Below, in pieces: positions 20,925-30,036 of a DNA stretch of 64,000 nucleotides; position 1 is the first letter of the stretch; every line of letters starts with the position of its first letter. Location: contig DAOOUQ010000003.1 in the NCBI GenBank assembly GCA_035390825.1, positions 105,268 through 169,267 on the forward strand. Reading direction: 5' to 3'. This DNA comes from Bacteroidales bacterium (lineage in GTDB: Bacteria > Bacteroidota > Bacteroidia > Bacteroidales > VadinHA17). Position numbers and translations under genes: made by a program. Below the pieces are notes generated by a model. It was given only the letters and a program-made list of their open reading frames with translations. It was not told the DNA's origin and ran no database searches.

Positions 20925-21000
20925 GGGTGCCTTAATACTACGGGCTGAGATCATACCCTGTCACCTGATCCGGGTAATGCCGGCGGAGGGAAATGAGAGG
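20925..21000 (+). promoter_or_regulatory. TPP (THI-box) riboswitch aptamer
   Basis: The sequence reads GGGGTGC...GGCTGAGA..ACCC....ACCTGATCCGGGTAATGCCGGCG.AGGGA. This matches the conserved TPP riboswitch core (CUGAGA, ACCUGAUCnGGnUAAUGCCnGCG, AGGGA). It lies 73 nt upstream of the TonB-dependent receptor ATG. The boundaries are approximate. Confidence 0.88.
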
Positions 21001-21072
21001 ATAATTATAAACAGCTGCTTAAGATTACGGTCCCATCTTCAACGGTTAATGATTTAATGACATTGACAGGCA

Positions 21073-23502
21073 ATGAAGATCAGGTTTTTATTTTTATTTG
21101 CCGTTCTGGTGTTCGTGACAATTTCATTTGCAACCGCAGATGAAAATCGTACAATAAGCGGCAGGGTGACAGATACCGGAAGAAATCCGCTTGCAGGTGC
21201 GTCGGTGGTCCTTAAAGGCACCTTCAAGGGCACCCTGACGGATGCAAACGGAATGTTTAAAATTGAAAATATCAGGGAGGGAGCTGTAAAACTGATTTTT
21301 TCCTATATAGGATATGAAACAAGAGTCAGCGACCTTACAGTAAAGTCGGATACTGTGGTTAATATTATACTTACCCAGACATCAGTGATGACCGATGATG
21401 TTGTAATAAGTGCCACAAGGGCGGGAAGCCGGGCGCCTCTTGCTTATTCAAATGTTGATAAAACCATCATCGAGAAGCTGGGAACGGCCAGTGATATGCC
21501 TTACCTGCTGACACTGACACCTTCATTTGTCGAGACCTCTGAAGCCGGGAACGGAGTTGGCTATACAGGGATGAGGATAAGGGGAACAGATGCAAGCCGC
21601 ATTAACGTCACGATTGACGGAATTCCTTTAAATGATCCTGAATCGCAGCAGGTGTTCTGGGTTGATCTTCCTGACCTCTCATCTTCAGTTGACAATTTAC
21701 AGGTGCAGAGGGGCGTTGGAACGTCAACAAACGGAGCCGGTGCCTTTGGGGCTTCTATAAACATTCAGACACGCGGAATTGAAAATGAGCCATTTGCGGG
21801 GATCAGTTCTGCAGCCGGTTCATACGGGACTTTCAAGAACAGCATAGCTGCAGGAACAGGTCTGCTGAAAGATAAATTTGCTTTCCAGATACGACTCTCA
21901 GATATAAAAAGCAACGGATATATAAGAAGAACGGGATCAGATCATCAGTCTGCATTTCTGAGCGGGCTGTACAGGTCGGGTAAATCGCTGATAAAGGCAA
22001 ATATAATACTTGGAAGGGAGCATACCGGGATAGGCTGGTGGGGCGTGCCGGAGGATATGCTGATGACAGACAGGAGATATAATCCTGCCGGTCAATACAC
22101 CGATAATCAGGGTATTACCAGATACTATGACAATGAAAGCGACAACTACAGCCAGGATCACTATCAGCTGATATTCAGCAGGAAAATTGCGGATTATCTT
22201 TCTTTCCATACGGCTCTTCATTATACCAGGGGGAAAGGATATTATGAAGAATATAAGGAAGATGAAACATATACTGATTATGGTTTGGGAAATGTGAGGA
22301 TAAGCGACAGTATTCTGTATACAACCGATCTCATAAGGCGGAAATGGATGGCTAATGATTTCTACGGGATCGTCTATTCTCTGAAATATAACATTGAAAA
22401 AGTTGAGGCAAGTTTTGGAGGAGGATTTAATCTCTTTTCAGGCGATCATTTTGGAAGGATAATCTGGATGCAGTATCCCGGTTCGGCTGAAAGGGACCAT
22501 CAATGGTACTTTAACAACGGAGAAAAGAGAGAAGCCAGCCTTTATGGCAAGATGACGGCAAATATTTCTCCTGTTGTCTCTTTGTTCGGAGATCTCCAGT
22601 ACAGGTATATAAAATATATTCTTGAAGGGAATGATGATGATCTTAAAAACATCGGACAGCTCCACCGTTACAATTTCTTCAATCCCAAAATGGGATTGTA
22701 CCTGACTATAGGCGACGGTCAGGAGGCATATCTTTCTTTTGCTGTCGCACACAGGGAACCTACAAGAACCGATTTCAAAGAGGCTTCGGGTGATAATCAG
22801 GCAACCCCCGGTTCAGAAAGATTGTTCGATGCCGAGCTGGGTTACAGGCTTAAACTTTCCAAAAGTCAATTTGCCGTCAACCTTTACGGGATGTTCTACA
22901 AAGATCAGTTGGTTCCGACCGGAGAACTCAGCAATGTAGGGTACCCGATAATGACAAATGTTGAAAGAAGTTACAGAACAGGAGCAGAACTGAGCGCGGG
23001 ATTCACTCCGTCTGAACTGCTTTCGTGGAATTTCAATCTTACACTGAGCCGGAACAAGATCAGGGATTTTGTGGAATATTATCTCGATTACAATACGGCT
23101 GACTGGTCTTCAGAATATAAAAGCAAAAAACTCGGGACTGTCGACATAGCATATTCACCTCGTGTGACAGGAACAGGCGAAATTGCTGTAAAACCATTGT
23201 CGGCTTTCGATATTCATCTGATTACCAAATATGTCGGTAAACAGTATTTTGACAATACAATGAGCAGCAAACGTATGCTCGATCCTTATCTTGTAAATAA
23301 TGTCATAATAAGCTTTACTCCGGTGTTCCGTAATATAAGAAAGGTCGAAATCCAGGCTAATGTAAACAATATCTTCAACACGGAATATGAAAACAATGCA
23401 TATGGAGGGAACTGGTATGAAGATGGTTCGGAAAAGACCTGGGCATATTATTTCCCGCAGGCAGGAATCAATTTCATGTTTAAGCTTGGTTTAACATTCT
23501 AA
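21073..23502 (+). CDS. TonB-dependent outer-membrane receptor (riboswitch-controlled; putative thiamine/thiamine-precursor receptor)
   Basis: 809 aa with a signal peptide, a CarboxypepD_reg-like N-domain (ISGRVTDTGRNPLAGASVVLKGT), a plug and barrel, and a terminal aromatic residue (GLTF). Confidence 0.85.
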   Translation: MKIRFLFLFAVLVFVTISFATADENRTISGRVTDTGRNPLAGASVVLKGTFKGTLTDANGMFKIENIREGAVKLIFSYIGYETRVSDLTVKSDTVVNIILTQTSVMTDDVVISATRAGSRAPLAYSNVDKTIIEKLGTASDMPYLLTLTPSFVETSEAGNGVGYTGMRIRGTDASRINVTIDGIPLNDPESQQVFWVDLPDLSSSVDNLQVQRGVGTSTNGAGAFGASINIQTRGIENEPFAGISSAAGSYGTFKNSIAAGTGLLKDKFAFQIRLSDIKSNGYIRRTGSDHQSAFLSGLYRSGKSLIKANIILGREHTGIGWWGVPEDMLMTDRRYNPAGQYTDNQGITRYYDNESDNYSQDHYQLIFSRKIADYLSFHTALHYTRGKGYYEEYKEDETYTDYGLGNVRISDSILYTTDLIRRKWMANDFYGIVYSLKYNIEKVEASFGGGFNLFSGDHFGRIIWMQYPGSAERDHQWYFNNGEKREASLYGKMTANISPVVSLFGDLQYRYIKYILEGNDDDLKNIGQLHRYNFFNPKMGLYLTIGDGQEAYLSFAVAHREPTRTDFKEASGDNQATPGSERLFDAELGYRLKLSKSQFAVNLYGMFYKDQLVPTGELSNVGYPIMTNVERSYRTGAELSAGFTPSELLSWNFNLTLSRNKIRDFVEYYLDYNTADWSSEYKSKKLGTVDIAYSPRVTGTGEIAVKPLSAFDIHLITKYVGKQYFDNTMSSKRMLDPYLVNNVIISFTPVFRNIRKVEIQANVNNIFNTEYENNAYGGNWYEDGSEKTWAYYFPQAGINFMFKLGLTF

Positions 23503-23514
23503 ACTTCAATTGAA

Positions 23515-24117
23515 ATGCTGGCTCAGTGGATGGTTGAAAACAGGATCGAGATTTTAGGAGCTGTTGCAGGGATCATCTACGTAGTTCTGGAAATCAGGCA
23601 GAATGTATGGCTGTGGCCGGTCGGAATAGTGACTTCAGCTTTTTATATTCTGGTTTTTTATTCAAGCAGGTTTTATGCCGATATGAGCCTGCAGGTTTAT
23701 TACCTCGCCGTCAGTTGTGCCGGATGGTACTGGTGGATGAAGGGCGCAGGGCACAGGGCGAAGGGCAAAGGGCAAAGTGACAAGCTTCGGGTGACAAGGA
23801 TTAAGATGAAGATGGGAATATTTCTGGCAGCCGTTTTTGCAGCGCTTTATTTTACCATGTGGCTTGTACTCTCAAAATTAACCGATTCGCCGGTCCCGGA
23901 ATGGGATTCATTTATCACATCTTTGTCAATTGTTGCAACCTGGATGCTTGCACGGAAGATTTACGAACATTGGTTTTTGTGGATAGCCGTTAACCTTTCG
24001 TCAGCGCTGGTTTTTCTTTCGCGGGAGCTTTATCCCACCATGGTTCTCTATATAGTTTATCTCATAATGTCATTTGCCGGTCTGAAAGCCTGGAAGAGCT
24101 CTTTAACCGGTTCATAG
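23515..24117 (+). CDS. PnuC-family transporter (PnuT-like, putative thiamine transporter)
   Basis: 200 aa with about seven TM segments and PnuC-like WPVGIVTSAFYILVFY and GWYWW motifs. It starts 12 nt downstream of the TonB receptor, under the TPP riboswitch. Confidence 0.8.
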   Translation: MLAQWMVENRIEILGAVAGIIYVVLEIRQNVWLWPVGIVTSAFYILVFYSSRFYADMSLQVYYLAVSCAGWYWWMKGAGHRAKGKGQSDKLRVTRIKMKMGIFLAAVFAALYFTMWLVLSKLTDSPVPEWDSFITSLSIVATWMLARKIYEHWFLWIAVNLSSALVFLSRELYPTMVLYIVYLIMSFAGLKAWKSSLTGS

Positions 24118-24284
24118 CCTGCCGATAATATTAATTTTTCTTTGTAAAATAAATGTTCAGAATTAATTGACTTGCGTCTTTTTTAGTCATAAATTTACTA
24201 TACTGATAACCCAAAAGGCTTTATTCCAGTAAAAAAGGTGTTGTGTTATAACAATTATTTTACTAACCATTAAACCTTTCAATT

Positions 24285-27200
24285 ATGAGAAAATTCAGTT
24301 CATGGAGAAGCTGCAGGATTTTCCTTCATGCCTGCGTTGCTTCCGGTTTCCTGTTTCTGTTTTCAGGGAACCTGAGGGCTGCAACGGCGGGTGGGGGAAA
24401 CTCCGGATCCTCTGATGAAATGCAGGGGATTTCAGTGCGCGGTGTGGTAAAGGATGCCGCAACAAATGAGGTTATGCCCGGTGTAAATATCAAGGTTTCA
24501 GGGTCGAACCTTGGTACCATCACCGATGCCGAAGGCAGGTACTCGTTTACTTCAATCGACAGAAATGCCACTTTGTCCTTTTCATTTATCGGCTATGTTA
24601 CCCAGGAAATTGCCCTGAACGGGCGTACCACTCTTGACGTAAACATGGAAAGTGAGCTTTTAGGTTTGAACGAGGTGGTGGTTGTAGGTTACGGATCGGC
24701 CGTCAGGAGGAATGTTGCCAGTGCCACTTCAGCCCTTAAAAGCAATGAAATAGTCGGCCTTGCCACTACTGATCCCCGGCAGGTACTGCAGGGAAAGATT
24801 GCAGGCGTCCAGGTTACAAACAACAGTGGTGATCCCGGCTCTGGTGCAAGAATTGTAATCCGGGGGATGGGGTCATTTTCAAACACCGATCCTCTTTATG
24901 TAATTGACGGTATCCAGGGTGGCGATCTTAATTCGGTTGCCCCGCAGGATATTGAAAATATTACTATCCTCAAGGATGCTTCAACAACAGCAATATATGG
25001 TTCCGCAGCAGCCAACGGTGTGGTACTTATCACAACAAAAAGCGGAAGAAGGGGCGACCTGAAAGTCGAATATGAAGGATCGGCCGGTTTTGCCAACGTA
25101 GTGAAAAGGTTAGATATGCTGAATGCTTCAGAATACGTTGATCTGGTGACAGATATTCAACACTCGAACGGACTCGAAATAACAGCCAAGCTGCAGTCAC
25201 CTGATGTTCGTATCGACAGGACCGACTGGCAAGCCATAACCTTCCAGCGGGGATTTGTTACAGATCATAATCTCAGGTTCAGCGGGGGAACTGAAAATGT
25301 CACATATGCATTTTCTGCGGGGTACCAGAATCAGGAGTCGACCGTTATTGACAGGACTTTCCAGCGTATCACCATAGGAGCAAAGCTCAGTGAGAGCCTG
25401 TTCAACAAAAGAGTAACACTGAACCAGAACCTAAGGGTGAAAAATGATATCAACAATGGAGTTCTTGCCAGCCTCAATGAGGCTTTAAGGATGGCACCAT
25501 ATCTTCCGGTATATGATCCCACAAACCTTGGCGGTTATGCAAGGATGGACAAGGTCACTGATCTTCAGGATGCAAATAACCCCATGAACACCGTTGGCAA
25601 CACTGATTATAACGACAGGGGACTCAGCATGGAACTTGACCTTTCGGGCGAATTACTGCTTGTCAAAGGATTGTCATTCAAATCGCAGGGGAGGGTCTAC
25701 GGTGGGAACTACCATAACATGACCTTCAACTATCCATGCAACGGAGGCAACTTTAACCGTGCCACATCTGATATGAATGAATATTACAACTTCAATTACG
25801 GTTTCATACTTGAAAATTATTTTTCATTTAACAGGACTTTCGGTGTTCATGAATTAACCGCTACCCTTGGAAATACTTATGCTCCTGCCGGAATATACAG
25901 AAGTATTTCAGCGAGCGGATCAGATTATACGAGTGATGCAATTCAGAATCTGGCCCTGGCAAACTCCACCTCGATAACAGGTTCGTCGGTAAACAGCGGA
26001 AAATCAAGGCTTTCCTATTTCGGAAGGTTAGGTTACACATACAAGGGGAAGTATGTGCTTAATGCCAGCCTGAGGCGTGACGCCTCGAGCGTATTCGGCG
26101 TCAATAACCGGTGGGGAACATTTTATGGAGTGGGTGTTGCCTGGACAATATCGGAAGAAGAGTTCCTGAAATCCCAGTCGTCGATTTCGAACCTTAAGCT
26201 GAGGACTAGTTATGGCAAAACAGGGAATGACAACATTCCTGCGTTCCTTACATCATCAAGTGTCTGGAAAGGAACAGGCAACAACATTGTATATTCCTTC
26301 GGTGATGACCTCACTTTTGCCACGGGATCAATTGTAAACAGCGTTCCTAATCCAAACCTGAAGTGGGAAGAAACAACACAATTCGATGTGGGCTTTGACC
26401 TTGGACTGCTGAAAGACAGGATAGGCTTTACCTTCGATTACTATAACAGGTCGAACAAAGACCTTCTGATCGAGACACAGCTTCCTCTTACAACGGGTCT
26501 TGGAAATCCCGGCCAGGTGGGGACACAGTGGATAAATGCTGCGAGCATGAAGAATTCGGGATTTGAGGCATCCCTTACCTATAACAGCAATGCAGCAAAT
26601 GCATTCAGATGGAATATTTCGCTCAATACAACCTACAGCATTAATGAAGTGACAGCTCTTGGCACTGTGGGTGACCTTCCTATTTCAAAAGGGGAATTCA
26701 TGACAGGAGTAGGAAATGCCACAAGGACAGATATCGGGCATCCCCTTGGTTCTTATTACGGATATGTTTATGATCATGTCATTGTTGACCAGGATGATCT
26801 GGATGCCCTTAATGAATCGGCGAGTGCCGCAACCGGAGGGGAAGTGACAGAATACCAGACAAATGCAAAACCCGGCGACAGAGTATGGAAAGATATTGAC
26901 GGTAATGGTTACATTAATGCCGATGATCGCACGTATATAGGAAATCCTTCACCAAAATGGCAGTACGGCATATCATTCAACGCATTCTTCAGGAATTTCG
27001 ACCTTCAGTTGCTGATGCATGGTGTTGCCGGAGTTGACGCCGTAAACGGATCACTCTACTGGTGGGAAGGAATGTCAAAACCCTTTAACCAGACCACAAC
27101 AGTCTTAAGAAGATGGAAACAGCCGGGGGATGTTACAGATATTCCGAGGGCCGGACAGAACTCAGGCGCTAACCTTAATTTCTCAACATGGTATGTAGAG

Positions 27201-27458
27201 AAAGGAGATTACCTGAGAGTTAAGAATATTGCGCTTGGATATACTCTTCCGTCAAACCTGTTTAATACTTTTGAAAAATTCAGGGTCTATTTATCCATTC
27301 AAAATGCACTGACATTCACTAAGTATTCGGGATTCGATCCTGAAATATCCTCAACTTCGCCCGACGACAACAATAACTACATCTTCCAGCGGGGAATTGA
27401 CATGTACCAAAGGCCAAATCCGCGCATTGTGCGACTTGGAGTTCAGTTAACCTTCTAA
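24285..27458 (+). CDS. SusC/RagA-family TonB-linked outer-membrane protein
   Basis: 1057 aa with a CarboxypepD_reg N-domain (VRGVVKDAATNEVMPGVNIKVSGS), a plug (VVVVGYGS...), and the C-terminus RLGVQLTF. Confidence 0.9.
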   Translation: MRKFSSWRSCRIFLHACVASGFLFLFSGNLRAATAGGGNSGSSDEMQGISVRGVVKDAATNEVMPGVNIKVSGSNLGTITDAEGRYSFTSIDRNATLSFSFIGYVTQEIALNGRTTLDVNMESELLGLNEVVVVGYGSAVRRNVASATSALKSNEIVGLATTDPRQVLQGKIAGVQVTNNSGDPGSGARIVIRGMGSFSNTDPLYVIDGIQGGDLNSVAPQDIENITILKDASTTAIYGSAAANGVVLITTKSGRRGDLKVEYEGSAGFANVVKRLDMLNASEYVDLVTDIQHSNGLEITAKLQSPDVRIDRTDWQAITFQRGFVTDHNLRFSGGTENVTYAFSAGYQNQESTVIDRTFQRITIGAKLSESLFNKRVTLNQNLRVKNDINNGVLASLNEALRMAPYLPVYDPTNLGGYARMDKVTDLQDANNPMNTVGNTDYNDRGLSMELDLSGELLLVKGLSFKSQGRVYGGNYHNMTFNYPCNGGNFNRATSDMNEYYNFNYGFILENYFSFNRTFGVHELTATLGNTYAPAGIYRSISASGSDYTSDAIQNLALANSTSITGSSVNSGKSRLSYFGRLGYTYKGKYVLNASLRRDASSVFGVNNRWGTFYGVGVAWTISEEEFLKSQSSISNLKLRTSYGKTGNDNIPAFLTSSSVWKGTGNNIVYSFGDDLTFATGSIVNSVPNPNLKWEETTQFDVGFDLGLLKDRIGFTFDYYNRSNKDLLIETQLPLTTGLGNPGQVGTQWINAASMKNSGFEASLTYNSNAANAFRWNISLNTTYSINEVTALGTVGDLPISKGEFMTGVGNATRTDIGHPLGSYYGYVYDHVIVDQDDLDALNESASAATGGEVTEYQTNAKPGDRVWKDIDGNGYINADDRTYIGNPSPKWQYGISFNAFFRNFDLQLLMHGVAGVDAVNGSLYWWEGMSKPFNQTTTVLRRWKQPGDVTDIPRAGQNSGANLNFSTWYVEKGDYLRVKNIALGYTLPSNLFNTFEKFRVYLSIQNALTFTKYSGFDPEISSTSPDDNNNYIFQRGIDMYQRPNPRIVRLGVQLTF

Positions 27459-27460
27459 TA

Positions 27461-29047
27461 ATGATGCATATGAAAAGCAGATTGATATACACCTTAGTTG
27501 CATTCATGCTCCTTGGAGCCTGCAGCGAGGATATTCTGGATGTGAAGAATGAAAACAGCTATGACGGCAACACGTTCTTTACAAATGCAACAACCGCCAC
27601 CGAAGCTTCAACAGCTATGTATTCCCCCCTGTTATTCCAGGGAATGTTCGAGCGCGAGTTCTATTTTATATTCGACCTTCTTGGGTATGATGCATTCAAG
27701 AACTTCCCGCTGCAGGGATCGCTTCTTGAAATAGCCGCCTATACTCATAACCCCAACACAGGGGAGATGAATTACTTTTTCAACTCATGCTACAAAATGA
27801 TCTTCAGAACCAACTTTGTGATAAACATGTGCGAGAACTGGCAGACCACAAGCGATGCGGATGCCGCCCTGAAAACAAGAATTGAGGGGGAGGCGAAATT
27901 TCTTAAGTCACTTGGATATTTCTGGCTGGTTACTTGTTTCGGAGATGTCCCGCTGAGAAAAAACCTCGAAGATCATTATGTACTTCAGATGGAAAGAACT
28001 CCCAAGGCAGAAATATGGGCCGACATTGAAGCAAACCTTTCGGATGCAATTACCAAGCTTCCGCTTGCACAGGATTATGCAGCTTCTGATTATGGCAGGG
28101 CCACCAGGGGAGCTGCAGTCGCGCTGCTGGGGAAAGTCTACCTTTACCAGGCTAAATACACTGAGGCCATTACAGAGTTGTCGAAACTTACTTCAGCTCC
28201 TTATGATTATGACCTGGCCGGATCACTTGACGATATTTTCATTCATGACCAGGAAACGAAGGAAACAATCTTTGCAGTAATGCACGGCGAATGGCAGGGA
28301 TGGGGTGTCGGAAATGCCTATGGTATGTTTGGGGGTCAGGAATCGTGGGGTAACAAGATGACACATACCGGCCGTGCCATGGAATATGGCTTCAACGACT
28401 GGTGGAATGTTCTTCTTTCCCCGACTCTTGTAGATGCATTTACGTATCAGAATGAATCAGGAACCCCATACACTGATCCAAGAGCAAAATTCACATTTTA
28501 TGATAACCTCGGGACAAAAGGAGGAGATACCCACTATTGCGATGAATGTCCCGGCGGAATAGAATCGTATGCTGCAGCCGTCGGTACCGCGGGCCCGATA
28601 TTCTCCTGGCGCAAATACGAATTATACGAGCTTCGGCATAACTACGGGCAGCCCGACAGTTATATAAACAGCCAGGTGATACGTTTTGCCGATGTTCTTC
28701 TGATGCTTGCTGAATCGTATATTGAAACCAATCAGGTTTCAAATGCTCTTCCCCTGATCAACCGAGTCCGCAGGCGTTCGGGGGCTTTTGAATATACAAC
28801 TCTCGGCTCACAGGATAATGCAAGGACCATCCTGAGAAGGGAAAGGCGACTTGAACTGGCAGGTGAGCAGGCAAGGTTCTTTGATCTTGTCCGCTGGGGA
28901 ATCCTTGTTCAGACAATCAATGCAGAAAAGCAGATTGTTGAAGCCGCTCAGCCTGTAAAGGATTATCATGTCCTTCTGCCTATTCCGCAGTCGGAAAGGG
29001 ATGCAAATCCTTTGCTTAATGCACAGGTAAAGAATAACTGGAACTAG
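27461..29047 (+). CDS. SusD/RagB-family nutrient-binding lipoprotein
   Basis: 528 aa with a lipobox (LLGACSE) and a SusD-like C-terminal block (RRERRLELAGEQARFFDLVRWG). It starts 2 nt after SusC. The start could instead be the ATG at 27470. Confidence 0.9.
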   Translation: MMHMKSRLIYTLVAFMLLGACSEDILDVKNENSYDGNTFFTNATTATEASTAMYSPLLFQGMFEREFYFIFDLLGYDAFKNFPLQGSLLEIAAYTHNPNTGEMNYFFNSCYKMIFRTNFVINMCENWQTTSDADAALKTRIEGEAKFLKSLGYFWLVTCFGDVPLRKNLEDHYVLQMERTPKAEIWADIEANLSDAITKLPLAQDYAASDYGRATRGAAVALLGKVYLYQAKYTEAITELSKLTSAPYDYDLAGSLDDIFIHDQETKETIFAVMHGEWQGWGVGNAYGMFGGQESWGNKMTHTGRAMEYGFNDWWNVLLSPTLVDAFTYQNESGTPYTDPRAKFTFYDNLGTKGGDTHYCDECPGGIESYAAAVGTAGPIFSWRKYELYELRHNYGQPDSYINSQVIRFADVLLMLAESYIETNQVSNALPLINRVRRRSGAFEYTTLGSQDNARTILRRERRLELAGEQARFFDLVRWGILVQTINAEKQIVEAAQPVKDYHVLLPIPQSERDANPLLNAQVKNNWN

Positions 29048-29060
29048 CGGAAAGATGCAA

Positions 29061-29090
29061 AATAAGGGCATGTCATGGCATGCCCTTATT
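29061..29090. terminator. Bidirectional hairpin terminator between convergent genes
   Basis: Perfect 12-bp stem AATAAGGGCATG / CATGCCCTTATT with the 6-nt loop TCATGG. It sits between the SusD stop (29047) and the radical-SAM stop (29089). Confidence 0.7.
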
Positions 29091-30036
29091 AATCATCGCA
29101 TGTACATTTCACTTTAGGCAATAGCCTTTGCGTCAGGTTCATTTCGGTGATCCGGTCTGTTCTTGCCGTGTGACATTTGTCACACATGGAAAACAGCTTC
29201 AGATCCCAGGTATCAGCGAAAACACGCCCGGCCTGCTTTTCGATTCCATATTCAAGCACCTTTTCAAGGGATTTTATTCCCGGAGGGCTGAAAAAATCTC
29301 TCTCAGCAAGCTTTTCCATGGCCCCGTTTCCGCCTCTTACCGGAATGATCACACAGCATTCAACCCCTGCATCAAAAGCAAAGTCTACAGATCGTTCAGC
29401 CCAGAAAATACCATCACGCTCCGACATGAAAGGAGGTCGCAATAATATAAAAGCTCTTGTGAAAATATCATTGTCAAGCAAAAAGCTTACTGATCCTGTG
29501 AAATCATCAAGTGTCATCCTTTTATTGAGCTTTTCCAGCATGTTGATATTCACGCACTCGAGCCCGATTGCAACCTGAAGGTCAGTTTTTATCCTATCTC
29601 TGAATTCAAGGCTTTTTTCCCCTATGAATGCAGGATGGCTCTCCACAATGACAGTATGGAAACCTTTCAGGAGCGAGGCAATTTTCATATGTTCCTCATG
29701 AGGTATTGCCCCTGGATCGAAGAAGCTGCCGCTGTTATACAGTTTAATGTGCTTTACGGCTGGTGCCTGATTTAGGACCCACTCAATCTGGCCTGAAATC
29801 TGGCCATCCGTCAGAGTAAAATCAGTTGTATTCTTCCAAAGATCACACATGAGGCAGTGAAAAGGGCACTCCCTGTTTGTCAGAAAGATTGTAAGCACAT
29901 CTTCGGCATAACCTGAGGGTGAGAGCTCTTTTTCGACAATCCATGAATACGGCCTTGCAGGGTCAACCACGTTTTTTTCTCCCCTGCATGAAATAATCCA
30001 GCTATCCGAAATTCTTATTCCTCCCTCATCATTCAT
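29089..30036 (-). CDS. Radical SAM enzyme (TIGR01210/RaSEA-like by eye), with a C-terminal Cys cluster
   Basis: CxxxCxxC motif (NRECPFHCLMCDLW), a YNSGSFFD block, and C-terminal CDKCH...CTCDD. The longest ORF starts at 30117 (ATG). The ATG at 30036 gives an 8-nt overlap with the upstream gene (tATGAAtga), which suggests translational coupling. Confidence 0.8.
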   Translation of the reverse strand: MNDEGGIRISDSWIISCRGEKNVVDPARPYSWIVEKELSPSGYAEDVLTIFLTNRECPFHCLMCDLWKNTTDFTLTDGQISGQIEWVLNQAPAVKHIKLYNSGSFFDPGAIPHEEHMKIASLLKGFHTVIVESHPAFIGEKSLEFRDRIKTDLQVAIGLECVNINMLEKLNKRMTLDDFTGSVSFLLDNDIFTRAFILLRPPFMSERDGIFWAERSVDFAFDAGVECCVIIPVRGGNGAMEKLAERDFFSPPGIKSLEKVLEYGIEKQAGRVFADTWDLKLFSMCDKCHTARTDRITEMNLTQRLLPKVKCTCDD

